Shown: positions 36,594 to 48,267 of the stretch, piece after piece
Layout of the letters: each line of letters opens with the position of its first letter
Numbering within the stretch: position 1 is the first letter of the stretch
Assembly: GCA_030700225.1 (NCBI GenBank)
Contig: JAUYJT010000030.1
Location: 453 to 64,452, forward strand
Direction: 5' to 3'
Length of the DNA stretch: 64,000 bases
Source of the DNA: Candidatus Nanopelagicales bacterium
Lineage (GTDB): Bacteria; Actinomycetota; Actinomycetes; S36-B12; GCA-2699445
Position numbers and translations under genes: made by a program
Notes under the pieces: generated by a model
What the model was told of the DNA's origin: nothing
Databases searched by the model: none
What the model saw: the letters and a program-made list of their open reading frames with translations, nothing else

Positions 36594-37883
36594 ATGCTAT
36601 CCAGCGCCAGCGAGGCTGTCTACCTAGCACTCGACTTGGGTGTGCTGGCTTCGATCGTCGTTGCGTTGCTCCTCATTGTCTCAAAGGCTCCGCGTCTGGC
36701 GCTAACGATCTTCCTAGCAGCGATGCTGCTGGAGAACAACCAGCACTTCTACTTGCTAGTGCGTTTGGAGTTCGGTCCCATCAACGTGTACCCAAGCGAC
36801 GTGTTTGCGGTCGCCTTTCTCGTTGTCGGCCTGTCACGCCTCCATCACGCCCAGGTTCGGGCTTGGGCCCGGCGAATCGGACTGGCGTTGACTGCCATGG
36901 TGGGTGTGGGTGTGTTGTCGTGGGTTACCACAGTGGGCCTTGAGGCCGGGGTGAACCAGTGGCGCCCTTGGATCCTCTCCGTAGCGGTCTTCTGGTGGTC
37001 CGCGACAATGCCAGGCGGCTGGTCGTGGGCGAAGTTGCGACCAATCGTCTGGATGGGCTTCATTGCTAGCGGCCTTCAAGCTTACGGGTTGGCCACGGAG
37101 GGCCTCGGCTCTGCCACCGTGATCTACTCTCGACCGTTGTTCTCAAGTGCAGCTCTGCTGATGCTGGTGGCACTGTTCGTGCTCGCCCATACGCCGGACG
37201 TGGCGATTTCAGTCCGAACCGTTGGAGTTGTCTGGCTGGGGGCTGCCGTCCTGCTGGCACAGCACCGCTCGGTCTGGCTTGGCGCACTCGTCATGACGGC
37301 AGTCGCCGCCCTCGAGATGATTCAACACAACCGCAAGAAGCTGGAACTGGTGACCCTCGGCGCCTTCATGGCAATGTGCGCCATCCTTATCCTTGCGTAC
37401 TTGGTGTCGACCCAACCCGAGCTGGGAGCCTCAGCCACCAACACTGGAAATCTCGACTGGCGGAATGACCAATGGTCGACCCTTCTGGAAATCCCACGAT
37501 CAATGTTGGAGTGGCTCCTGGGAAGCACGTTTGGGCCGACAAACGTCACAGACGTGTCGAGTTTGTACTACGTGCAACGTTCTGCGCACAGTATGTACGT
37601 AGAAGCCATCACAGCAGTGGGAATCATCGGCGCTTTGCTGCTTGTCGCAATGCTCATCGTCGGCTTGACATCGCGGGGGATGAGGCTCTCGACGTGGACG
37701 ACGATCGTCGCTGCCGGGTTGGGGGCCTTTGGATTCGTCTATCAGTGGCCAGGCTGGTCATGGCTGATTTTCGGGATCGCCGCTTCCACTGCGCGACCGC
37801 AGGCGGCAACATCGGCGCCTGGGCCTGGCGATCAGATCCATCGGACTCCGAGCCGCGTGACTTCACGGACCAACGGTTCCTAG
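36594..37883 (+). CDS. O-antigen ligase / Wzy polymerase-like membrane protein
   Basis: About 11-12 hydrophobic segments, QHRSVWLG and SAHSMYVE.....GIIG motifs. Confidence 0.75.
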   Translation: MLSSASEAVYLALDLGVLASIVVALLLIVSKAPRLALTIFLAAMLLENNQHFYLLVRLEFGPINVYPSDVFAVAFLVVGLSRLHHAQVRAWARRIGLALTAMVGVGVLSWVTTVGLEAGVNQWRPWILSVAVFWWSATMPGGWSWAKLRPIVWMGFIASGLQAYGLATEGLGSATVIYSRPLFSSAALLMLVALFVLAHTPDVAISVRTVGVVWLGAAVLLAQHRSVWLGALVMTAVAALEMIQHNRKKLELVTLGAFMAMCAILILAYLVSTQPELGASATNTGNLDWRNDQWSTLLEIPRSMLEWLLGSTFGPTNVTDVSSLYYVQRSAHSMYVEAITAVGIIGALLLVAMLIVGLTSRGMRLSTWTTIVAAGLGAFGFVYQWPGWSWLIFGIAASTARPQAATSAPGPGDQIHRTPSRVTSRTNGS

Positions 37884-38863
37884 CTGTCCAGTTCGTCGAC
37901 CATCGTCCGCAGTTTCGGGACATCGAGCCAGATGTCGTTGTTGTCCGACCGGTAGGAGAAGCCTTCAGCTACTGGCTCGCCGGCGGCGGACCGGAACCCC
38001 CACTCCGCCAGCGCAGGCGTCACGACATACCGGTCCTTGAGGAAGACCGTTCTCCGGGCATCGTCTGTTGAGATCATCTCCTCATGAAGTTTCTCGCCTG
38101 GGCGGATTCCGATCTCGTAGACGTCCGATTCGGGCGCGATGGCAGCGGCTAGATCAACGACACGCATGCTGGGAATGCGCGGCACGTAGAGCTCACCCCC
38201 CTCCATCGCATCGAAGGAGTCCACCACGAACTGAACCGCTTGGGGAAGGGTAATCCAGAACCGCGTCATCCGAGAATCAGTTACCGGGATCTTCTCTCCG
38301 CGCGCCGCGAGGTCGCGGAAGAAGGGGATCACCGATCCGCGGCTTCCGACGACGTTGCCGTAGCGGACGACCGAGAACCGCGTGCCATATGCGTATCCGT
38401 AGTTGTTCGCGGCGACGAGGAGCTTGTCGGACGTGAGCTTGGTAGCGCCGTACAGGTTCACCGGGGACGAGGCCTTGTCCGTCGAGAGGGCGACGACCTT
38501 AGCGACTCCGGCGTCGATCGCCGCCTCAACTACGTTCTGCGAGCCGAGAACGTTCGTGCGCACGTACTCGAACGGGTTGTACTCAGCAGTGTCAACTTGC
38601 TTCAAGGCCGCAGCGTGCACAACGTAGTCAACGCCGTGCAAGGCGCGTGTCAATCGATCGCGGTCCCGAATGTCGCCGATGAAGAAGCGCAGGCGTTCAT
38701 CGCCGTCGAACTGAGCTCGCATCTCGTACTGCTTGAGTTCGTCACGCGAAAAGATTGCGAGTCGCTCAGGCTCCAGATTGTCCAGCGCGTATCGAGTGAA
38801 GGCTCTTCCGAACGATCCAGAACCGCCAGTAATCAGAATACGAGCACCGATCAGACCACTCAT
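37880..38863 (-). CDS. pseB: UDP-N-acetylglucosamine 4,6-dehydratase (inverting)
   Basis: TGGSGSFG, FSRDELKQ, HAAALKQVD.AEYNP.E, STDKA..P.NLYGATK, GSRGSVIP and GIRPGEKLHE. Confidence 0.93.
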   Translation of the reverse strand: MSGLIGARILITGGSGSFGRAFTRYALDNLEPERLAIFSRDELKQYEMRAQFDGDERLRFFIGDIRDRDRLTRALHGVDYVVHAAALKQVDTAEYNPFEYVRTNVLGSQNVVEAAIDAGVAKVVALSTDKASSPVNLYGATKLTSDKLLVAANNYGYAYGTRFSVVRYGNVVGSRGSVIPFFRDLAARGEKIPVTDSRMTRFWITLPQAVQFVVDSFDAMEGGELYVPRIPSMRVVDLAAAIAPESDVYEIGIRPGEKLHEEMISTDDARRTVFLKDRYVVTPALAEWGFRSAAGEPVAEGFSYRSDNNDIWLDVPKLRTMVDELDS

Positions 38864-38947
38864 GCTCTCCCCTTGTGTTCGGTCCGGGATCACCGTCAAG
38901 ACATCACGATGCTAGTTGCTGAGTCCAGGCGCAGCTCCGCAGGGACC

Positions 38948-40786
38948 TCAGAGCCCGAGCAGCTCTGCCTGGCGGTCGAAGCGCGGCACGGCGCGGCGCA
39001 CCTCTTTGAAAGTGCCGCGAGCCAGAACCCGGCCGTGCTCCAGGTAGATGACTTCGTCGGCATGCCTGATGGTCGCCAGACGGTGAGCGACTGTAACTAG
39101 GGTCACCTCCCCCTCGAGGGATTCGAAGGTCTCCGCGATTGCCTGCTCGGTCTCGGCGTCGAGTGCGCTCGTCGCCTCGTCGAGGACCAGCAGTCGAGGC
39201 CCCGTATACAGAGCACGGGCGATTCCGAGTCGCTGCCGCTGACCGCCGCTCAGGCGTACACCATGCTCACCTATCCGAGTGTCCAGCCCCTCTCGGGATG
39301 ATCGAAGGAACTCCGCGATGTGAGCGCTGTCCAAAGCTCGCCAAACGCGCTCATCATCGATTGCCGCACGTGGAAGACCGAGCGCCACGTTGTCCCGCAC
39401 CGTGCCGTTGGAAAGCGCGACCTCCTGTGGTACGTAGCCAATGCCGCCGGGCCACTTCACCACCGCCTGCTCGGGCGCGAGCCCGCCGATCGTGACAGAG
39501 CCACTTTCAGGGCGCAGCACCCCGAGAATGACATCCGCCAATGTCGACTTGCCCGACCCCGTCGCGCCGACCAGCGCCAGCGATGAGCCTGCGTCGACCG
39601 TGATACTCACGCTGTGCAGCGCTGCCGCCCCTGCTCCGGGGTAGTTCAGCGTCACTTCCGAGACTTCCAAGTTCGGCACAAGGTCGCGGCTCTCCCGCTG
39701 GATCTGCTCTCGGATGGCCTGCGGCTCCGGCGAATGCACTTCCGGCTGGGTCGCCCACTCTAGTGAGGCCGCCAGCGCGTAGGTTGTCTCGGCTGACCCT
39801 GACGCAGCCCGAATGCCAGTCGTCGATGCCTGCAGACGCATGATCGACGGCATCACCCGAGTACCCGCCGCCAGGAACAACGCTAGGGTTCCGACAGCCG
39901 TCATGGCGTCCTGCATCAGGAACTGCGTCACTGCCAGAGCAGTGGCCCCAAACACGAGCGCGGCCTCAAGCACGTACTTCGGAAGCTGCACGATGAACTG
40001 CCCATCGGAATTGCCACGGGCCGACTCCTGCCGGAGTTCGCGGAATCTGTCGCTGTAGAAGCTCCGTCGATTAGAGACCGACACTTCGCGGTACGAATTG
40101 ATGGCCTCCTGAACGGTCGCTGTGGAGGCGATGTCGGCTGCGGCGACCATTCGTCCGACGCGAGCCGCCCACGTTCCGAGTAGACGCTGCAGGAGAATCG
40201 CGACTAGCGCGAAATATCCAATCGCGGCCAAGGCGACCAACGGACTCACGATGAGAAGGGCACCACCAAGCAGTATCAGCAGAGTCGCTTCGGTTATCAC
40301 GATTACGCTGTTACCCAGAATCCCGCTGATGGCAGCGATCACGCCAGCGCTCAGCGCATAGGCGATCTCCTGGCTCGGTCGCGCCTGGACCTCCAGTATC
40401 GGGCGAGCCAGCAACGTGGCGCCCAATCGAGCCGACACTGCGGCGCAGCGGCTAGCCAGGAATCGAAGAACTCGGCGGATGATGAGGATCGAGACTCCGC
40501 TCTTCAGGAGCAGCAGCGCGGCAGCTGTCAAGCCAGCTATCGCCGTCAGGGTGTCGGTGCTGGCATCGACCAGCCCAAGGGAGTTCGCGACATTCTCAAC
40601 GTAAGAGGGCGGAGGCGATCCCTGAACGCTCGATGCCGCCAGAATCCCGACGAGACCGAAGAGCAGCACTCCCAGTAGATCGAGAATCGACGTTGCCATC
40701 TGAAGGCCCGCAGCCACTGCCAGTAGCCGTCGATCCCTGTGCGAGAGCAGTCGCAGGGAAGAGCGGATTGCCTCCCAGACGGTCAC
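38948..40786 (-). CDS. ABC exporter, fused TMD-NBD (MsbA/PglK-like)
   Basis: TM domain plus Walker A GATGSGKST, LSGGQRQ and LVLDEATSALD. Start estimated. Confidence 0.88.
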   Translation of the reverse strand: MTVWEAIRSSLRLLSHRDRRLLAVAAGLQMATSILDLLGVLLFGLVGILAASSVQGSPPPSYVENVANSLGLVDASTDTLTAIAGLTAAALLLLKSGVSILIIRRVLRFLASRCAAVSARLGATLLARPILEVQARPSQEIAYALSAGVIAAISGILGNSVIVITEATLLILLGGALLIVSPLVALAAIGYFALVAILLQRLLGTWAARVGRMVAAADIASTATVQEAINSYREVSVSNRRSFYSDRFRELRQESARGNSDGQFIVQLPKYVLEAALVFGATALAVTQFLMQDAMTAVGTLALFLAAGTRVMPSIMRLQASTTGIRAASGSAETTYALAASLEWATQPEVHSPEPQAIREQIQRESRDLVPNLEVSEVTLNYPGAGAAALHSVSITVDAGSSLALVGATGSGKSTLADVILGVLRPESGSVTIGGLAPEQAVVKWPGGIGYVPQEVALSNGTVRDNVALGLPRAAIDDERVWRALDSAHIAEFLRSSREGLDTRIGEHGVRLSGGQRQRLGIARALYTGPRLLVLDEATSALDAETEQAIAETFESLEGEVTLVTVAHRLATIRHADEVIYLEHGRVLARGTFKEVRRAVPRFDRQAELLGL

Positions 40787-41236
40787 GATGAACCGCTCCG
40801 AGCAACCCGAGGCGACACTTTCTCTCCCACTCTCGAACTCAGTGAACCTGTTCGCCAGGTTATGCTCATTGCCGGTGGGCACTGCTGCCGGGCCTGATCA
40901 GCCTATCGTGCAAGGTACGCAACAAGACCTCAGCCAACACGGGCACCCCAGAGCCCCCGATTTGTCAGGGAGATGCGGCTTTGTGGCACAGTCGAGACCG
41001 CTTCGCACCCTCCGCACGTGCCATTCCGCTGGCGGAAGCGTCTTTGGAGCATGCGTGACTACGCGTAGAGGGCAGTCCGCGCGAAGAACCTCTGAGCGCG
41101 ACCGAAGCCCCTTCCGACGAGGTGGGCGAGGCTCGACCAAACCAACACGCTCCTGTCTGAAGAGCTCCAGTCCTGCGAGATCCTGCGATCTCGGCGGCCG
41201 GTTTCCCGAAGCGACCACCGAGTGGTCGTTGGCAGC

Positions 41237-42382
41237 GTGAGGATCACGCTCGTCGGGCCGACTGAGCCACGACTCCTCCTCGATCGAACTGATGCACCGC
41301 CGGGGCAACGAGCACCCGCAGTTGCCCAACTGGCTCTCGGTCTCCTGGCCGCGGGCGCCGACGTCACGGTGGTCACCCTTTGCCCGTCTGTCAAAGCGCC
41401 ATGGGTCAGATCGAGCGGGCACATGACTGTGCGGGTCGCCCCAAGCAGGTTCCGGGCGCGCGACCTGGTTTCCAATGCTTGGCGACCCGAACGGGCAGCG
41501 CTGGCACGCGAAATACGCTTGTCTGATCCAGACGTCGTACACGCACACTGGACATACGAATTCGCGCTCGCAGCGCAGGACACGGGGCTGCGGCGGGTCA
41601 TCACCATCAGGGACGCCCCCGGAACGATCTTCCGCTACTTCCGGGACCCGTACCGAGCGGCACGGTGGGCGATTGCCGGCATTGTCGCCCGAAGAGGCGG
41701 CGTGTTCATCGCTAACTCACCCTATGTCGCCAAGGCGTTCAGCCGCCAGGTCTGGTATCGGAAGGAGATCCATGTAATCCCCAACGGGTTGACCGACGGC
41801 CTTCTGCTCGAGTGTCGGCCATACCAGGCGCGCGATTCGATGGACCTGCTCGTCATTGCCGATCAGAGCCGGCGCAAGAACGTCGTTTCGGCGCTACATG
41901 CCCAACACTTGCTCGAGCAGCGCGGATCGAACTCAACGCTGACCGTCATCGGCGATGGCTTGGACCAGGGATTCCTTGATCTCATGGCGGCAGAAGCCAG
42001 GCCTAGAAGCGTGCGCATGTTGGCTCGCCAGCCACGGCCTGCCGTGCGAGACGCGATCAAGAGCTGCGACGTAATCATCCACCCAGCCCTTGAGGAGTCG
42101 TTCGGGAACGTCCTCCTCGAAGGCATGGCCGCAGGACGGCCGATCGTGGCTGGGGAGCGCTCAGGTGGGGCGCCATGGGTGGTCGGACCCGCAGGGCTCC
42201 TGGTCGATGTACGTCGCCCGGAGGAGATCGCGAATGCCGTGGAGCACCTGCAAGCGAACCCATCGATGGCAGCACAGATGGGCCATCGTGGCCGGTCGCG
42301 AGTACTGGAACGGTTCACGTCCGAGCGGATCACGGCAGAACATCTCGCTCTCTACGGGCGACTACTGGAGCGCCAATCGTGA
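41237..42382 (+). CDS. glycosyltransferase family 4
   Basis: DVVHAHW, KNV..AL and HPALEESFGNVLLEGMAAGRP. Confidence 0.88.
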   Translation: MRITLVGPTEPRLLLDRTDAPPGQRAPAVAQLALGLLAAGADVTVVTLCPSVKAPWVRSSGHMTVRVAPSRFRARDLVSNAWRPERAALAREIRLSDPDVVHAHWTYEFALAAQDTGLRRVITIRDAPGTIFRYFRDPYRAARWAIAGIVARRGGVFIANSPYVAKAFSRQVWYRKEIHVIPNGLTDGLLLECRPYQARDSMDLLVIADQSRRKNVVSALHAQHLLEQRGSNSTLTVIGDGLDQGFLDLMAAEARPRSVRMLARQPRPAVRDAIKSCDVIIHPALEESFGNVLLEGMAAGRPIVAGERSGGAPWVVGPAGLLVDVRRPEEIANAVEHLQANPSMAAQMGHRGRSRVLERFTSERITAEHLALYGRLLERQS

Positions 42383-42475
42383 AGTGCCATCGCCTTCAAG
42401 TCCCAGACGCGATCCACTCCATCATCCGCCCACGCGTCTCACCGAGAAGACGACGAATTCTCGACAGCTGCCGAG

Positions 42476-43244
42476 TCAGTCAGCCACGGTCAGCTCAGGA
42501 ACCACAACCGTGGGCAGAGACGGCGGTTCACCTGCCATCGCCGCCAGAGAGTAGCACCTGAGGCCGCAAACCGACGCGAGGTACAAAGCGTAGCTCGTGA
42601 ACCCAAGCACGATGTCAGCCCAAGCGAGATCAAGAGCAAGCGGCCGGTCTTTAGCACCGACGACGGAACTGCGCAGATCCCACTGAGCAGCGACATCTTC
42701 GTACTTCCCAGCGATCTCTGATGGATGTCGTCGAACCCGGACTTCCGTTTGCCCCGCTGGAAGTTCGAGCGCCCGGAGCAGTTCGGGAAGGCGCAGCAGC
42801 ACACGCCCCTCCGGCTGGTCCGTCTCCGAGTCAACTCGTTCACCAAGCGGCTCCCCGAGTACGAGAAGCCGCCTGGCGCGTCCGGTCAGTCCGTCGCCGG
42901 TGGGCTGCCCAGCCCGCAGCCGCCTCGTGGCCCCGACCACGGACTCCGCGACACGGTTAGGCCACTCTGCCAGCGCGCAGCGCATCGCGTTCGAGGTCAG
43001 ATTGCCAGCCAGTTCCAACCAGGAGCCAATCACTCGCCTCGACGAGAGCGCCCGTGTCTCGAACGCGCGGACCAGTTTTCACCGCCCCAAGCGACCCCGC
43101 CGGCCCGTCAGCGAGGATGGCCGAGACGTGTGGGAGATCAGGGATCCACTCCGCGACATGCAACGAGCTACCAGCATCGTGGATGGCGATGCCACATCGG
43201 CCCAGTGCACCAGCGTCTGATGGTTCGAGAATCGACTCGTACAC
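42476..43244 (-). pseudogene. frameshifted, internally deleted paralogue of 50590-51495
   Basis: ORFs 42957-43244 and 42476-43033 align with the N and C parts of the 50590 protein (DAGS..HV..W.P, WLLVG.GW, EWPN, RLP..L, R.HP.E..KY, WAD.V.GF.SYALYLAS.CGL). The VLDHWVNY segment is missing at the frame junction. Confidence 0.75.
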
Positions 43245-43248
43245 GGCG

Positions 43249-43800
43249 CTAGCTGGGTTCTTCTCGGCTGTCTGTCGCCTTGGTCGAGAAGTAGAGGGTC
43301 TCGCAACCGGAATCAGCGTCCGACCTGCCTACATCTAGCCCAAGACCACGCCGGGGGCTCATTCCGCATGCGTCTATCAGCCTGCGCATCGCCAGGTTCC
43401 CCGCGGCAGTTCCCGCGGTCACCTCCGAGATTCGCATAGACCTCATCAGTTCATGGATCACGAGACGCCAAGCGTCGGTCCCGACTCCAGTCCCCGATCG
43501 GCGCGGGAAGACCAGAATCCCGATGTCAGCAGTCCTCGTGTCAGGATCGACGTAGGCAGTGATGGTCCCGACCAGATCCCCTGACGAACGATCTTCCACG
43601 GCCAGGAACAAGTTCGGCGTCCCGTCGAAGGACGCCAGATACCGTCGACAACTGGCTGCGTCATGACGCAGAAGGCGCTGGTCACTAAACTTCATGTGCT
43701 CTCGGTCGTTCAGAGCCCCCAGATACTCCTCGCTGATGTCCAGCACAGTGAAGTTCCTAACCCAGACACGAGGGCTTCCAACCGGCTCCCAATGCGCCAT
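43249..43800 (-). CDS. GNAT N-acetyltransferase (PseH/RimL-like)
   Basis: YLGALND, VGTITA, ADIGIL, G.G.DAW and N.AM.RL...CGM. Confidence 0.78.
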   Translation of the reverse strand: MAHWEPVGSPRVWVRNFTVLDISEEYLGALNDREHMKFSDQRLLRHDAASCRRYLASFDGTPNLFLAVEDRSSGDLVGTITAYVDPDTRTADIGILVFPRRSGTGVGTDAWRLVIHELMRSMRISEVTAGTAAGNLAMRRLIDACGMSPRRGLGLDVGRSDADSGCETLYFSTKATDSREEPS

Positions 43801-45065
43801 CAGTCAGCCCTGAGTTCATCGAGGTGGTCCCAGACTTTCGCGAAGGCCTGAGCCACGAGATCTGTCTGGTGCTCACCAAACTCGTGCGTGCACAAGCCCA
43901 GACACAGGATCTGCTCATGGAGACGCTCCGCCACAGGGCAGGGGTCAGCGCGTGAGCCGGGATCGTAAGGAAACCCCCGGCTGCCGTATGCGAGGTGTTC
44001 GACGAAGAGCGGCAAGCGGTGGATGTTCTGATAGCCCTCGAACAGGCCAGTGACGCCCTCCGCCGTGAGCGCCTCGAAAACGCGAGAGCGCGAGACCCCG
44101 AGTTCGAGAGGGTCGAGGATCAGCGGATAGATGTAGTAAACGTGTGTGTTCCCGTCATCGACATATGGGGTTTGGAGTCCACGAAGCTGGTTGAGGGTCT
44201 TCGTGAGCCTCTCAGCGGCGGCTTGCCTGCTCGCGACTTGGCCCGGAATCTTCGTCAGCTGGATTCCAGCGATTGCCGCCTCGATCTCTCCCAGCCGGAA
44301 GTTGTAGCCCATGATTCCGTGTCGTGGGACTGGCCGCACACCACGGCCTAGCAGTACCTCGCCGTGGTTGCGTATGAGCGCCATGCGCTCGGCGGCGGCG
44401 TCGTCCCCGGTGACGATCAGCCCACCCTCGCCGCAGGTAACGTGCTTGAAGTGGTTGAGGCTGTATCCCCCGATGTCGGTCATTGTCCCGGCAAGGCGCC
44501 CCCGCCTGGTCGCGAGCGGAGCCTGGGCCGTGTCACTTAGCAGTCGCAAGCCGTGATCCTCGGCGAGACGCCTTAGCGCCTCGATGTCCGCCGATTGGCC
44601 GAAGATGTCAGGCACCAAAACCGCCCGGGTCCTGGCAGTGATCCGCTGAGCTACTGACGCAGGGTCGAGGTTGAACGTCCGGCAGTCGATATCAGCGAAC
44701 ACGGGAACCGCGCTTGAGTGCAAGACGGAGGTTGCGGTTGCAGCCATTGTCCAAGGACTGGTGATGACTTCATCGCCAGGCTCCAGCCCGAGCGCACCGA
44801 CGGCGCATATGAGCCCAGACGTCCACGAGTTCACCGCTAGGCAGTGCTTCACCCCAAACAGTGCGGCGGCCTGGGCTTCGAGGGCCTTCACGCGGCGCCC
44901 ACCCATAAACCCAGGCCCGGCGTCACCCACGTAGCCTGACAGCTCGCCCGATCGAACGACGCTTGCCGCCGCGAGCGCCTCCTCTTCACCTAGTGATGAG
45001 TAGGGCGGAAACCGCTCTCCGACCACTGGGCACCCACCGAACAGAGCCAGGTCCGAAGCACCCAT
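43800..45065 (-). CDS. DegT/DnrJ/EryC1/StrS sugar aminotransferase
   Basis: VNSWTSGL, VFADID..TFNLDP, D.AQ and YSLNHFKHVTCGEGG. Confidence 0.9.
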   Translation of the reverse strand: MGASDLALFGGCPVVGERFPPYSSLGEEEALAAASVVRSGELSGYVGDAGPGFMGGRRVKALEAQAAALFGVKHCLAVNSWTSGLICAVGALGLEPGDEVITSPWTMAATATSVLHSSAVPVFADIDCRTFNLDPASVAQRITARTRAVLVPDIFGQSADIEALRRLAEDHGLRLLSDTAQAPLATRRGRLAGTMTDIGGYSLNHFKHVTCGEGGLIVTGDDAAAERMALIRNHGEVLLGRGVRPVPRHGIMGYNFRLGEIEAAIAGIQLTKIPGQVASRQAAAERLTKTLNQLRGLQTPYVDDGNTHVYYIYPLILDPLELGVSRSRVFEALTAEGVTGLFEGYQNIHRLPLFVEHLAYGSRGFPYDPGSRADPCPVAERLHEQILCLGLCTHEFGEHQTDLVAQAFAKVWDHLDELRAD

Positions 45066-45066
45066 C

Positions 45067-46035
45067 TCACGAAACCTGTTCCATGAGTCGCAGCGTCATG
45101 ATTGCGTCATCGAGCCCAGACACGAGCGGGCCGCCGTCAATGAGGATCCGCGAAATGTGCCGGTAGACGTCACACTGATACGAACTCAACGGATCCCTCC
45201 ACTCCTGGGCGTCCGGGCGGGGCGGTTGCGATTGCGGACCGCGCTGCCGAGCCCTCCAGCTGATGTTTGTCCCCCCGAGCTGGTACGTGAGCAAGCCCCC
45301 GCTGAACGCCAGGGACACCTCCGCCAGTCTCAGCCCGCCTTCAGCTCCCCCATGAAAAAAGACACTACCCGCGTTCTCGAACGACATCACAAAGCTGGGG
45401 GTGAGGCCAGACGCAGGAGCCACGTCCGCAACGCGCCGAATGGACGAAGGCTGCCCGATCCAGCCAGTCACTAGGTTCACGAAGTGGCAGCCGTTCACCC
45501 AGAGCCCGTGACTGTACTGCACAACTCCGGAAACGAGTTGGCCAGCAACCGGCGAACTAATCAGTGCCCCTATCTCGGCCGTTTGAGGCAGATAGCGCCT
45601 GAAGTAGTTCACGCTCACGCGCGTCCCCATACTCTCGGCTACGGAAGCGAGGCGCTCAGCCTCGCGCGCGCTCATAGCGCACGGCTTCTCGCACAGAAGC
45701 ATGCGCGGCGCCCAACGCCGGATTGCATCTGTAGCGAGCCTGACATGATGCTCCGTCGGCGTCGCGATCACAACCAGATCGACCCGCGTGTCAGGGACCT
45801 CCCGCAGCGTTGCCCAAGTCGGCAGGTCATACAAGAGGCCGAATGTTTCTCTGGCTCTGGGGTCTGGATCCACACTTCCGATGAGCCTGAAAGCGTCGTT
45901 GGTCGTGAGCGCGCGTGCGTGAGTCGCGCAGGAGCCAACAACCTGCCGTGGGACATCCTGATCCAGATCAACATCGTAACCAAGCCCGATGCGGCCCAGC
46001 CCAACCAGAAGTGCGGTGAAAGGCGGGCTCCCCAT
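45067..46035 (-). CDS. Gfo/Idh/MocA family oxidoreductase
   Basis: VGLGRIG, VIATPT..H, LCEKP and VNY.RRY. Start trimmed to ATG 46035. Confidence 0.82.
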   Translation of the reverse strand: MGSPPFTALLVGLGRIGLGYDVDLDQDVPRQVVGSCATHARALTTNDAFRLIGSVDPDPRARETFGLLYDLPTWATLREVPDTRVDLVVIATPTEHHVRLATDAIRRWAPRMLLCEKPCAMSAREAERLASVAESMGTRVSVNYFRRYLPQTAEIGALISSPVAGQLVSGVVQYSHGLWVNGCHFVNLVTGWIGQPSSIRRVADVAPASGLTPSFVMSFENAGSVFFHGGAEGGLRLAEVSLAFSGGLLTYQLGGTNISWRARQRGPQSQPPRPDAQEWRDPLSSYQCDVYRHISRILIDGGPLVSGLDDAIMTLRLMEQVS

Positions 46036-46502
46036 CAGCTTCGCTCTTGCGCGAGCATCACGGTGTGCATCAGCTGAGCGCGCTCCCAGTCGTCCTGCGT
46101 GTCGATGTCTTGCACGCGCCACGACGGGAGGGCATAGCCGAGTGCCCGCCGAAAGATCGGAAGACCATCTGACCAAGCGAGGGACCTTCCCCGGTAGAGT
46201 TGCCCAGCATCGTGAAACCGGTCTGCGTAGAACTGCGTCGGAGTCACATCTTCCCTCATGGACACGGGCCTTCGGAATTGTACTGGGACGCTTGCCGCCT
46301 CCGCGATCACGGCGATCTCCTCATCCTAAGTCGACACACGACCTGCTCGAAGACTCCACTCGCGAGTGCAACATCCATCGTCCAGGTAGTCAATGGCCGC
46401 CCGGACATCAGCCGGATGTTCTTGCGTGGTGTCCGCTTCGATCCGCCCGTGCCGGGGTTATTGCGACAGCGCCGCCCTGGGCGCGCCCGCTGGGCGCGGC
46501 AT
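46035..46502 (-). pseudogene. pseF: pseF-like cytidylyltransferase pseudogene
   Basis: Minus strand gives AVAITPAR/(frameshift)SKRTPRKNIRLMSGRPLTTW..ALASGVF, a frameshift and stop, then after a large deletion RFHDAGQLY...WRVQDIDTQDDWERA. Collinear with 49846-50586. Confidence 0.8.
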
Positions 46503-46589
46503 CGGGGTCGGTCACAGTATTCGCTGCCTTCACATCAAGGTCACGGACGCAAAACAGATGCTAGTTCCAGCGCTGGCGGTTATGTTCGA

Positions 46590-46800
46590 TGGGTGGTGTG
46601 CAAACGGGAGTGTTCATGACGCTCAGGTGATTGGATGCTGGGCGCCAAGGACTAGTGTTGCCACCCCTCGATGCTGGAGGCGGCGGCTTCGCCATCGATG
46701 ATTCCCAGGCGGGCCCGGGACAGGATGTCCCGACCGATGTAGCTGCGCATTTCGGTCCATTCGTCATGTTGTTCGACCGTCCCCGCTACGACACGCCACC
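46590..46800 (-). mobile_element. IS256-family transposase 3' remnant
   Basis: RVVAGTVEQHDEWTEMRSYIGRDILSRARL..IDG resembles the actinobacterial IS256 C-terminus (EQ.DEW.E.RRY.G.D.L..AR). Confidence 0.55.
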
Positions 46801-46943
46801 CCACGCTTCTCCGAAGCGTCGGATTGTGGGATGACTCTGTCCAGCCGGATGCCAACCGAGGCGGTGTGCGCGGACAGTCATGCCGAGGCGACCGTTCTCC
46901 GCTTCTCAACGAATGCGGAGCGGATCGCGACGGGGCGCGGCAG

Positions 46944-48254
<1,311 letters not shown>

Positions 48255-48267
48255 GGTCAGAACCTCT

